DNA of 64,000 bases from Clostridia bacterium (GTDB lineage: Bacteria > Bacillota > Clostridia > Christensenellales > CAG-917): contig JAFZVB010000010.1 in NCBI GenBank assembly GCA_017618055.1, forward strand, positions 31,631 to 95,630. Direction: 5' to 3'. Within the stretch, counting starts at the first letter, position 1, and the number at the start of each line of letters is the position of its first letter. The notes beneath the pieces were generated by a model that searched no databases, was not told the origin of the DNA, and saw only the letters and a list, made by a program, of their open reading frames with translations. Shown piece after piece: positions 1 to 10,440 of the stretch. A program made the translations under genes and the position numbers.

Positions 1-289
1 CGTTTGTTGCACCACAGTATGGACATGTCATAGATGTTGAAAAACCTTCAACTTTAACAAGTCCATCACAGTTTGGACAACGATACCCTGCTTTTCCTCC
101 ACCGACATAGCCAGTAGATACATCTGCAAAGTAACTCTTAAAACTTGGCTTGCCTACATGAATATCTGATTCAGAATCACAGAATGGGCATACTAATTTC
201 CCTTTGCTAGGAGAAAATACCATATCTGCGCCACAATTGACACACTTACTTATCGAAGTTTTACCTTGTTCTGCTACAAAATCTTCCAT
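1..289 (-). CDS. zinc-ribbon protein; N-terminal 96 aa present, C-terminus lies outside the window
   Basis: ATG at 289-287, 2 nt after the stop of the upstream SPFH gene. Translation is MEDFVAEQGKTSISKCVNCG..CPFCD..CPNCD..CPYCG, i.e. two CxxC-Xn-CxxC ribbons. Confidence 0.5.
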   Translation of the reverse strand, partial: MEDFVAEQGKTSISKCVNCGADMVFSPSKGKLVCPFCDSESDIHVGKPSFKSYFADVSTGYVGGGKAGYRCPNCDGLVKVEGFSTSMTCPYCGATN

Positions 290-291
290 AA

Positions 292-1422
292 TTATTTAAT
301 CTTTGCTCCGCATTCTGGGCAGAATTTTGCTCCTGCTTTTAATGTCTTTCCACATTTTGGACATGTGACTTGCATTGCTTGTCCACAGTTAGGACAGAAT
401 TTTGATCCTGCATTTACTGGTTGACCACATTGTGGACATTTCTCTTGTGCTACTCCACCTGGTGCTGGTGCTGGTTCACCACATTCTGGGCAGAACTTAG
501 CTGTATCGCTCATCTCTGCACCACACTTTGGACATTTAACCTTTGCTGGTGTTGGAGCCATTGCTTCTTTGTATGTTTGTCCAACAACTTGTCCTACTCC
601 GAGACCAATTCCCATATTTGCCATTCCACCACTGAATCCTGGATTCTTTGCTGCATCTCTCATTGCTGCAACTGCTTCCATCTTTGCATATGTGTCTACA
701 ACTGGAGTCATAACACCAAGAGATGATCTCTTATCCATTGCTTCTTCAACGGATTGTGGTAATTTGAGGTTACGAATTAAGATAGAATCGATATCTAAAC
801 CTAATTCCATAAATCTGTGTGAACAATTACCTTTTGCTGTATCTCCGAGTTCTGTATAGTTTGCAGCTAAGTCTAATGCTGGGATTTGACATTCGCCCAT
901 GAGGTCTGTTAATTCAGCAAGAACTATGCTCTTTAAGTGTTCTTGAATGTCTTCTGTCTTGAATGACTTAATTGTTCCAAAACATTCTCTCATAAATAAA
1001 GCTGGATTTGAAACGTGGAATGAATATTCACCATGTCCACTTACACGAATAACTCCAAAGTCCTTATCTCTCATCATGATAGGATTTGGTGTTCCCCACT
1101 TCATTTGTGTGTATCTTCTGAGGTTTACAAAATAAACATCTGTAAGCTTTGGATTTTCAAATGCATATTTCCAGTTCGCAATCTTTGTAAGAATAGGAGT
1201 TGATCCTTCTTCTAATTTGTAGTTGCCTTCTGTAAATACGTCACAGATGCTGCCTTGATAAACGAAAATAGCTGCTTGAGATGGTCTAACAATAAGCTGT
1301 GAACCTTTCATTATTGCATAACGATCATCACATTGGAATTTGTAAACTAAAGTATTATGTGTTTGGTCTTCCCATTCAATAACCTTTAACAATTGCTTCT
1401 TAAGTCCTGAAAATAAACCCAT
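292..1422 (-). CDS. SPFH/band-7 family protein with three C-terminal zinc ribbons (COG4260 / B. subtilis YdjI-like)
   Basis: N-terminus reads GLFSGLKKQLLKVIEWED..IVRPSQAAIFV..YFVNLR, typical of YdjI-type SPFH proteins. The tail (about 295-543) has 3 x [CPxCG-X8-9-KFCPxCG]. AAGGAG lies upstream of the ATG. Confidence 0.8.
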   Translation of the reverse strand: MGLFSGLKKQLLKVIEWEDQTHNTLVYKFQCDDRYAIMKGSQLIVRPSQAAIFVYQGSICDVFTEGNYKLEEGSTPILTKIANWKYAFENPKLTDVYFVNLRRYTQMKWGTPNPIMMRDKDFGVIRVSGHGEYSFHVSNPALFMRECFGTIKSFKTEDIQEHLKSIVLAELTDLMGECQIPALDLAANYTELGDTAKGNCSHRFMELGLDIDSILIRNLKLPQSVEEAMDKRSSLGVMTPVVDTYAKMEAVAAMRDAAKNPGFSGGMANMGIGLGVGQVVGQTYKEAMAPTPAKVKCPKCGAEMSDTAKFCPECGEPAPAPGGVAQEKCPQCGQPVNAGSKFCPNCGQAMQVTCPKCGKTLKAGAKFCPECGAKIK

Positions 1423-1458
1423 TATAATATTCTCCTTGTTTATGATTTATCAGGATAT

Positions 1459-1487
1459 ATTATAGCACTTGCTAAACAATTTCACAA
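1459..1487 (-). promoter_or_regulatory. putative sigma-A promoter for the SPFH gene
   Basis: Minus strand reads TTGTGA-17 nt-(TGc)TATAAT. The -10 is at 1459-1464 and the -35 at 1482-1487. Confidence 0.4.
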
Positions 1488-1498
1488 TTGTTTATTTA

Positions 1499-2575
1499 TT
1501 ATAGGGTTACATTTGTTAAAGCAACTATTGCAGGAATGGTTAAAATACTGAAAATTGTAGATAATAAAATAGCGTTGGCAGCGCTTTTTTGGTCTGCATT
1601 AAATATCTCTGCAAGATTTAAATTAAATGATGCAGATGGCATGCCAGAAAGAATAATTAAAACTACTTTCATTAAGTGGTTAATTGGTATTGGAAGCAGG
1701 ATTGCCCATACAGCTATTGGGAATATAATTAGCTTAATAACTGTAGATACATACGTTCTCCAATCTGTGAACAAATCCTTAATTGGAGCCAAGGCAAATC
1801 TCATACCCAAAATAATCATACAAAGAGGTGCTGTCATATCTGCCAGGTAATTAATAACTGTTGCAATTTGTGGTACAGGACATGATGTGATATCTCCCAT
1901 AGTGACCCCACTAAAAAAGAATGGCAACGCTATGATTACTGTTATCATTTGTGGGTTTAGAATAGCCTTTTTTATAGAAATATATTTTTTATCCCCTGTG
2001 AGCGTATATGCTCCTACTGTCCAGAACATTAAGTTCATCGAGACAATATATACCGCGGAGTACGCAATGGCCGTAGCAGCGATTGTAGAGTCCGAGAAGA
2101 TGACTTGAAGAATAGGTACGCCGAAGAATCCAACGTTGCCAAAAGTGCTCGTCAAAACCATTACACGATATGCTCTTCCCCTAGCACTCTTCTTAACATC
2201 ATCTGGCATATCTTTATAATTAATAAAGGTTTCAGACGCACCATTAAAATAACCATCTGCCTTAAACTTTTCAGTCTCTATTACATCATCAAATTTAGTT
2301 CTAAATATTAACCAAAGAATTAAGAATACAACTCCTTGGAAAACTAAAGATGCTGCAAATACAATAAGTAAGTTTAAAGCTAATTGATTTGAATACTCTA
2401 CTTGTAAAAAAGATCTAAAAGATAAAAATGGTTGGGATATATAAAGCAATACTGCAGCAAATGCTGAAATAGCAGCTGGTTTAATAATCTTGACTTTAAC
2501 AACAATAAAGCCAGGGATAGCCATTGCTACCAATAATAATACACTAATTGCAGTTGTTGAAAATCCTATATCCAT
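1499..2575 (-). CDS. AEC (auxin efflux carrier) family membrane transporter
   Basis: 358 aa and polytopic. The N-terminus (MDIGFSTTAISVLLLVAMAIPGF..) and the two-halves topology with a central hydrophilic loop are typical of PF03547-type permeases. Confidence 0.65.
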   Translation of the reverse strand: MDIGFSTTAISVLLLVAMAIPGFIVVKVKIIKPAAISAFAAVLLYISQPFLSFRSFLQVEYSNQLALNLLIVFAASLVFQGVVFLILWLIFRTKFDDVIETEKFKADGYFNGASETFINYKDMPDDVKKSARGRAYRVMVLTSTFGNVGFFGVPILQVIFSDSTIAATAIAYSAVYIVSMNLMFWTVGAYTLTGDKKYISIKKAILNPQMITVIIALPFFFSGVTMGDITSCPVPQIATVINYLADMTAPLCMIILGMRFALAPIKDLFTDWRTYVSTVIKLIIFPIAVWAILLPIPINHLMKVVLIILSGMPSASFNLNLAEIFNADQKSAANAILLSTIFSILTIPAIVALTNVTL

Positions 2576-2588
2576 CTTTTAATGTTAA

Positions 2589-2612
2589 CCTCCCCGCTTT
2601 TACACGGGGAGG
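2589..2612 (-). terminator. GC-rich hairpin between the giant gene and the AEC gene (weak terminator, or an SD-sequestering structure)
   Basis: cctccccg-cttttaca-cggggagg forms an 8-bp stem. On the minus strand only TT follows it. Its 3' arm contains the GGAGG that sits 13 nt before the AEC ATG. Confidence 0.3.
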
Positions 2613-2640
2613 ATTGTTTGTTTTATAAGTGTTTATTCAC

Positions 2641-5600
2641 TTATGCTACTGTTAAAGAACCATCAAGGTTTACAGTAATTGTGTAAGTTGTTCCAACACC
2701 ATAGTATCTTGGGAGTATTGTTCCAGCTGGGAATGTAATACCACCAATTGATTTAGATGTTGTTAATGTTTCAGTATCTAAGAGTGTACCGTTCTTATCT
2801 ACTAATGCACCAACTACACCAACCAACTTGTATACTACCTTTCTGCCTTTATCTGGAAGTGCAATACCACCTGTACCAGCAGAGAATGTAACAATTTGTG
2901 CTGTGGACAACTTATTATTGCCGCTTGCATCTTTTGGTGTTGCTGTACCAATCCATACGATTGTTCCCATTACTGTTCCACTTGTTTGCTTGTATGGCAA
3001 TCTATATGTTGCAAGTTTTCCACTTCCAGTTGTTGTTGTAGCAGTATTTTGATTTGTTACCTTGGTTGTAGTTGTTGTGAAGTTAACTGTAATACGTTCT
3101 TGTGAACCAAGGTAGATTGTTGCTACTCTTTCAGCTGCACTACTTAATCCATCAGAGATTGCACCAGTTGATGTATTCAATGTTAATGCAAATGTTGCTG
3201 GCATACTTACTTTAGCATAACCGAATGTAATTGATGTTGTTCCATCGGATGTGTAACCATAATCATTTGTTGGATAACCATCATCACCAATTGTAATGCT
3301 ACTAATCTTAGACTTAGCAAATGTTACTTTGTAGTTCTGTGGCAATGATTGTGAAAGTGGTGCATATGGATCAATTGTGTATGTTGTAGATGCAACACCT
3401 GATGCATTAACATCACTTGTGTATGGATAATTGCCAGTTGTTCTTGGTGAACCTGTGTATACACTTGTTACATTTGTTGCTTGCATCTTCTCTACTGCGA
3501 ATGGCAATCTGAAGATTTGTGTGCTTCCATCTGGACCAGTTAATAATGCATTGATGTATACTACACCGCCCATATAACTTGGTCTGAACTTAGAGTAACT
3601 CCATACTAAGCTATAGTTCTTATTTGCTTCGTAGTTAGTATCATCAGATGAATAGAACTTTTGTGTTCCTTCAGCTGTTGTAACTGTTAATGTTGTTGGC
3701 ATATCTGGAGCAATATAATCATATGGGTTAATGGATGTGATGCTTGATCCTGCTGTTGTTCCTCTCTTCAAGAAGCTTGGTGCAATAGCAATGATTGCTG
3801 CTTGATCGGCTGCTACAAGAGCTGTTGCTGTTCTATTCTTTACATTGATTGTAATTATAGAACGTTGTGTTCCAACTTTATTTCCACCGAAGTTGTATTC
3901 ACCAAATCCGTTTACATATACATATGCTTTATATACACCACCAGCGTAATCTATTGTTACACTCAATGTATTCCAAGCAATCTTTGTATAATCCATTACT
4001 TCGTTATTGAGATATACTTTACCACTATTTGGTAAGTACTTATATGTACCATAGATTTCGTAGTCTGTCATTTCAACATATCTTTCTTCAGTTACTGTTG
4101 TGTGGTCTTGGTTGTATCCAACTACATAGTTTACGAACTTATACTTAGCATCTGCAATGTTAATTGCACCAGTCTTTTCTGTTGTCTCAGCATAAGCATT
4201 GCCGTTTACCTTGTAGTACTTATCTCTTACATTATCATAGTACAATGTTGCCTTTGCATATTGTCCATCTTCATCGAGATAGTAACGAATACCTGCAAAG
4301 TAATCATCGTTTCTTGCATTGAGATAATCAGCATACTTGCCATCACTTAATGTCCATGGATCGAATGTTAATTCTGTTACATATGAACTTCCAACTTTAA
4401 TTCCACCCTTATTGTCTGTATCATTATTGATTGTTCTATCAATGAATGAGAGTGGTGCTGTCATTGTTTCTTTAGATACTCCATTTTGTCCAATAATTGT
4501 TACTTGAGCATTATGGACTCCACCTTCATATGTATACTTAACATCCTTTGTATTCCATTCGAGGTTTACAGTTGTTTGTGTTGTGTACATGAATACGTAT
4601 GCATCATCTGCTTGAGGTGCAATATAGTAATTCTTTGTATCACTATTGTATCTGTAGTAAATAGTATCACCATTATTGTATGTTAATACCTTGTATACAT
4701 AATCACCTTCTGCAACCTTTCCACCTGATACCCAAGCATTGTATTGTGCCATGCTTGTGATTGGTGTTGTGATAGCTCTTACATTTGCATACTTATCATT
4801 GTATGTCGCTGCGGAGATATATTGTCCATCTACCCAGTATGTTCCAGTCTCAGCGAAGTTCTTGTATCCATGTGAGTTGTAATGCTCTGTGTTGTAGACT
4901 GTGTCTGCATATTCAGTTACATATGGATCAAACTCGTAAACATATGAGAAGTCGTCATTGAATACGATATTTGAATTATACTTAGTTACTGTATTAGCAC
5001 TACGTATTACTTCAATCTTGTATGAGTCAATTACGATAGCATCATCTGCTTCTGCTGGATTCTTGTTTAAGATTTCGATTGTCAAATCAGCTCTTTGAAC
5101 TTTCTTTGCATCCGTTGCTGAAGCGATATCACCGTTTGTGGTCTTTCTAATGTAGTAGTTTCTACCTTCACCATTGGAGAATGAAATGTTCATTTGATCT
5201 GGGATTAAATCTAAATCGAAGTCGAATGCATTATCGAAGTAGATTGTCTCTGGCTTGTTGGTTCCCTTTGAGTATACGAATCTCATTAAGTTGCCTGTTG
5301 CATAATCTTCATAAGTCAATGTGAGCTTGGATGAAGACTCTGTTACCTTAATTAATGTGTAATCACTTGGCATTACAAAGAATTCACTTGCGATTGTACG
5401 GTTAACTACGGAGATTGGCATTGTAATGTATTGATATGCGTATACTTCATCAGATACTTTGTATCCAACTAAGAGTTGATATGAAGAATTGATATATCCG
5501 CCCTTCTTGAGTGCGTCTGCAATAATTGTGTCACTTGGTAATGTTACATAATGTACTAATGCATCATTTCCATCTGCGAGTCTGTTCTTCATTGTCATGC

Positions 5601-8600
5601 TTACTTTCTCTGGATATCCGTATCCACCATCAACTATATTGCCTTGGTCATCAAATAGTGTACCGAATGACTTATAGTAGTATGGATCAACAACCATTGA
5701 ACGTTGTGAAGCATTTTCAACTCTCTTAATTGTTCTATCTTCAATGTATACAGAGATTGTAGAATCAACCTTTGTACCATCTGCGAAGTTGTATCTGATT
5801 GGCAATTCGATTGTCTTACCAAATACGCTCTTGCACTTGCTTGCGTCACGAGAAGCCTTCAATAATGTATCATCTAAGATGTTGATTACAACGTTAACTG
5901 TTTGTGTTACGTCTTCTTCACCATTGTTGTACTTGATTTGTACACCAACTGTGTCTCCATCATTGAATAATACCTTTTCTTCTGCTGCATCAAGGTCACT
6001 ATTTGTAATGATTCCGTATGGGTCATATACAAACTTGATCTCGTTCATTATGCTTTCAACACCTACTACACTGATTGGTTCAATTGTTAAATCAACAATG
6101 TTGAGGATTGAAATATGATCACAAACTGCCTTTGCGTATACGATTCTATTTGCGAATCCACTTACTGTGTATGTAACTGGCTTGAGGTCGACAACATTCA
6201 ACCATTCAATTGGAACATCCTTAGTTGTTTGTACTCCATTAATTGTTGTGTAGTACTTAGCAGTTGTTGGTAATCCGTTTACGAAGTTTGCTGCCTTCAA
6301 TGTGAATGACTTGTTGTCTACATCGTTCCATGTTGTTGTGATGTCACCACTTACAAGCTCAACCTTATCTGCTGGGATAATAGTTGTTCTGAATAAGATT
6401 TCAGTTCCTTGGATCTCATATGTTGAAGGATCTGCTTCTACACCACCAATATACAACTTAGCATCATCAGCAAATGGTAATCCAGTACCTAAGATACCTT
6501 CTCTTACAACTACTCTATTTGCTAATTCTTCAGCTGTATATGTATCGAACAATGTCCATGTTACAGTTCTTTCTTTAATCATATCTTGATGGTCGATTGT
6601 TACTCTTGCCTTTGTTGGCATTGCACCGAAGTCTGCTACGCCATATTCAGTTGCAATATCATCATCTGTTGAATTTTCATCATAGTTAAATTCAATCTTA
6701 ATAACCTTATCATCAAGATGTTCAAAGATTACTTTATATCTCTTTGTTTGTGTAATAAGTTTTGCCTCAGCGTATACATCAACATACATTAAGATGTACT
6801 TGGTCTCGCCATCTGCATCTGTGAAGAAATCTGCACGAGTTGGGAGTACACCATCACCGATTTGTCCGTTTACACCGAAAATTCTTACCTTGACATCATC
6901 AATTGGCTCATAAGCATATTTCTTTACAAATACACTTGTTGATGTTTCTGTATAAGAACCATTTACATATACATAGACGTTAGAACCAGTGTATGTTGCC
7001 ATATCGATATCTTCGAATTCGCAATAATCATCAAATTCTACATATCCATTTGCAACAGCAACTCTGATGTATAATCCATCTGTATTCTCTTCTACGATAT
7101 TGTAGTATGTATCACCTGCATCGAATACGAATACTGAGCCAGCATGATCATTTACATATGTCTTTGCTTCATCTATATCAGCAATATTTAATGGTACATA
7201 ATGTGAGTTTTCGAGAATGTAGATTGTCTTTACGCCAACATCTTCTTCTGTTGCATCTACTCTTGTTCCCTTCTTGAACTTATTAGCATCATCAATTGCA
7301 ATGTTGCCTTTTACTTCAAGATATTTGTCATATGTTACATAGTATGCAGAGCTTACTTTGTAATATACTCTTCTTGCCCATGTCTCATAATCAACATACA
7401 AGCCGTTGAGTGATCTCAAATACTTGATTTGATCTGCTGTTGAGAGATATGGGAGATAATCTGCAAGAATTTGTTCTGTAGTCTTATTAGATACATCTGC
7501 GAACTCATAGTTTCCACCTACAGTTGCTCTTACCTTGGATGGGATTGCCCATACTGTACATGCATTGTATACTAATGAGTCATCATCTTGTGGAACAAAT
7601 CTATCGAAGTGTGAACCATCTTCATTTAACAATTCAACATTATTTACTTCATAAGATGGAGTAATAATTGTTGTGTTGAATGTTTGATTTCCAATTGTGA
7701 AGGAGATGTTACATCTAATGCTATCTTCATTTGCATTGTTGAGATAACTTGTGTAATCCCATCCACTTATGATCGCTAATGACTTGTTGCCATTGTATTC
7801 TTCTACACATACTACTGTGCAATTCTTGAGGACTGTCTTTCTATATGTTGCTCCAGTGAATCCTGAGATACCTCTGATACAGCTCCATGAATTCTCAAGT
7901 ATTGTCTTGTAATCTTCTGCTGTTTGATCTGGTGCACGGAAGTAATATTCTGGATGTGTTGAGTAAATATATGTATCAATACTATATACTGTTCCATCCT
8001 CACCTATTACTGCTTGTGGAGCATATGCTTTAGAAGTATAACTGTCTACATTTACAATTTGATTCCATGTGCCACTTGCAGCGGACTCAAGATTTGCTCC
8101 ATAAATATCATCTTTATAGAATGTAATAGCTTTTACGTTCTTTGTTGCAACTTTAAGTTTTACAACGATTGTTTGTGGAACGTATACTACATTGCCATCT
8201 TCATCCTTTGTATACTTACGTCCAAGATGTTTAGCATCATTACCTGTTCCAACTACAACTTCTGCAGGAACTGTAGCATAAATGATACCGCCCTTAGAAA
8301 TGCCTGTGATTTCCTTTGTACGTCCAGCATCTGAATAGTACTTGACTTGTGTCCAGTCTGGAGTCATTGTAATAGTTCCAGCGATTTCCTTGAATGATAC
8401 GTTCAATGTATTGTATGGTACATCATTTGCATCCTTACCCTTATACCAGTATGGGTTGAATGTATCTGATACTTCTCTTGTTACAACAGTTGGTGTTAAC
8501 TTAGCAAATGTTACTTGCTTGAAGAAAACTTGATCTCCACCGGTACTGCTGTTTCCAATTGTTAACTTGACATATACATTGTAATCATTGGATTCAAGTC

Positions 8601-10440
8601 CCTCATAGCTTACATATCTTGCGATATATTCTGCCATTGTAGGTGTATCAAGTTGTCCAGGAACGATCATATCGCTATCTGTTACACTCAATGTTGCAAT
8701 GCCTCTTCTTACATAATATGGACCTTCAAGTCTTGCTGTACCACTTGCATAAGAAATAGCTGTTGCTTTCTTTGAACCTTCCATTACAACCATTACTTGG
8801 TCACCGAATGATGTTTCTCTATCGATGTTGCCAAGAACTTCTTGTCCGGCTGTTGCATCCATATCATCGGAGCTATATGGGTTGAATGTGAATTCTGAAG
8901 AAACAGATGCCACCTTGCTTGAAGATACAACTATATCTACATAGACAACTTGTGATACATATCCTGCTTGTGCATATGGATACTTACATACTGTATCTTT
9001 ATCTGCGTTGCCAGTGAATCCATAATCACTGCCTGTTGCTGTCTTTAATTGATTGAGTTTGAATTCTTTACCACCAATATACATTGGAATTGTTACTCTA
9101 AGTCCTTCATAGAACTTAATCTTGTCATCACTTGTATTGGATGGTGTATTGTTGTCATCAACAAGTTTATCAATTGCATCTTCGAGCAATGATGTATCCC
9201 ATTCAACGGATAATCCGGAGAATGACTTGTTGCTTGCGTACTTACCACTTACATACTTGAATGACTTAATGTAACTAATGAATTCATTCTTATCTACTCT
9301 TCCATTGTTATTAGAATCTGGAATTACAGATGCTAATGTTAATGAGTTGAAGTTAGCAAATGTCTTTACATATGTGTCACCAGCTGTTGTGGTTGAATAC
9401 TTTGTAACACCTGTATCATTAATCTTGTAGTTAACCATTGGGATGGTTATTGTTTGAGATTGTGATGTGAAGCCCCATGAATATGAGAATCCAACTTTTA
9501 CGTTTGCATTGCTGAAGTCATAGCTATAATTTCCATAGTTCCATGAAATGGTTCCTGCTGGATAATTTCTGCTATTCTTCAACTTGTTGAATGCAGTGTT
9601 CTTTGTAGAATCAAATACTGCATATAATGGATCTGTAATATCTTCTGGATAGTACTTGGTTGCTGATGTTAATGAACCCTTTGTGTAATACAACTTATTT
9701 TCATCATCGAGATGTTGATAATACCATGTAGATGTTGTTGTATTTGTGCTTAATCCAGTTGTAAGAATTACGTTTCCGTTATCATCTAATTTTACACGAC
9801 TCTTATATGCAACACCTGTTACATGTGTCTTTCCATCGTTTTCAGTATCATATCTTGCGCTCAAGCCTGCACCAGTCATATCTTGTGCTACTGTTGCGAA
9901 TGTATATGTACCACCTGTTTGGAATGAGATCTTAACCATATCTGGTAAGTCTTCTACATTGTTTTGCATATCACGTGTGATTGCTTCTGTCTTCCAAGTT
10001 GATCCATCATACTTGTATGCCTTAATTGACTTGAATCCATAATCGTTAGTGACATATACAGGAATTGCTGCAACACAAATGTTGAGTGCATATCCGTATA
10101 CATAACCAGCGAACTTCTCGCCCATTTCACCTTCATATGGTGTGAAGTCTACACCACCTGCGTCCCAAACAACTACTGTAGCACCAGTATCTAAGCTTGG
10201 CTCACCATTGTTGAATGTTACATTAGCCTTTGCTGGGAACAATGTGTTGTCTTGGAATGCTGTTGCATTTAGTACGAAGTCTTGGCTTGAACTACCAACT
10301 ACAATATAACCGCTTCTATTAGCTGGGTCTGTAATATGGATTGAACTTGGTTCAGTACCAATTAATGATGCACTATCTGCTTCATCAAATCCAAGTAATG
10401 GACTTGTAATACTTGTGCTTTCTGTTGAATATGGATCTAT
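2641..10440 (-). repeat. C-terminal array of roughly two dozen Ig-like (beta-sandwich) units, Big_4-like pattern
   Basis: Unit starts recur as x-[FI]-[DN]-P-[YW]: IDPY about 10425-10448, FNPY about 8871-8905 and 8441-8476, INPY about 3675-3740, IDPY about 3320-3385. Each is followed by a pattern of the type (L/M)P..V.V.....V.W and then Q....V.V..(R/K). Confidence 0.5.

Noticed and set aside
1474-1493. The hairpin AAACAATT-tcac-AATTGTTT right after the AEC gene stop, considered as a terminator.
   Set aside because: The stem is almost entirely A-T pairs and no T-tract follows on the transcribed strand. It overlaps the predicted -35 of the SPFH promoter, so I did not call it a terminator.
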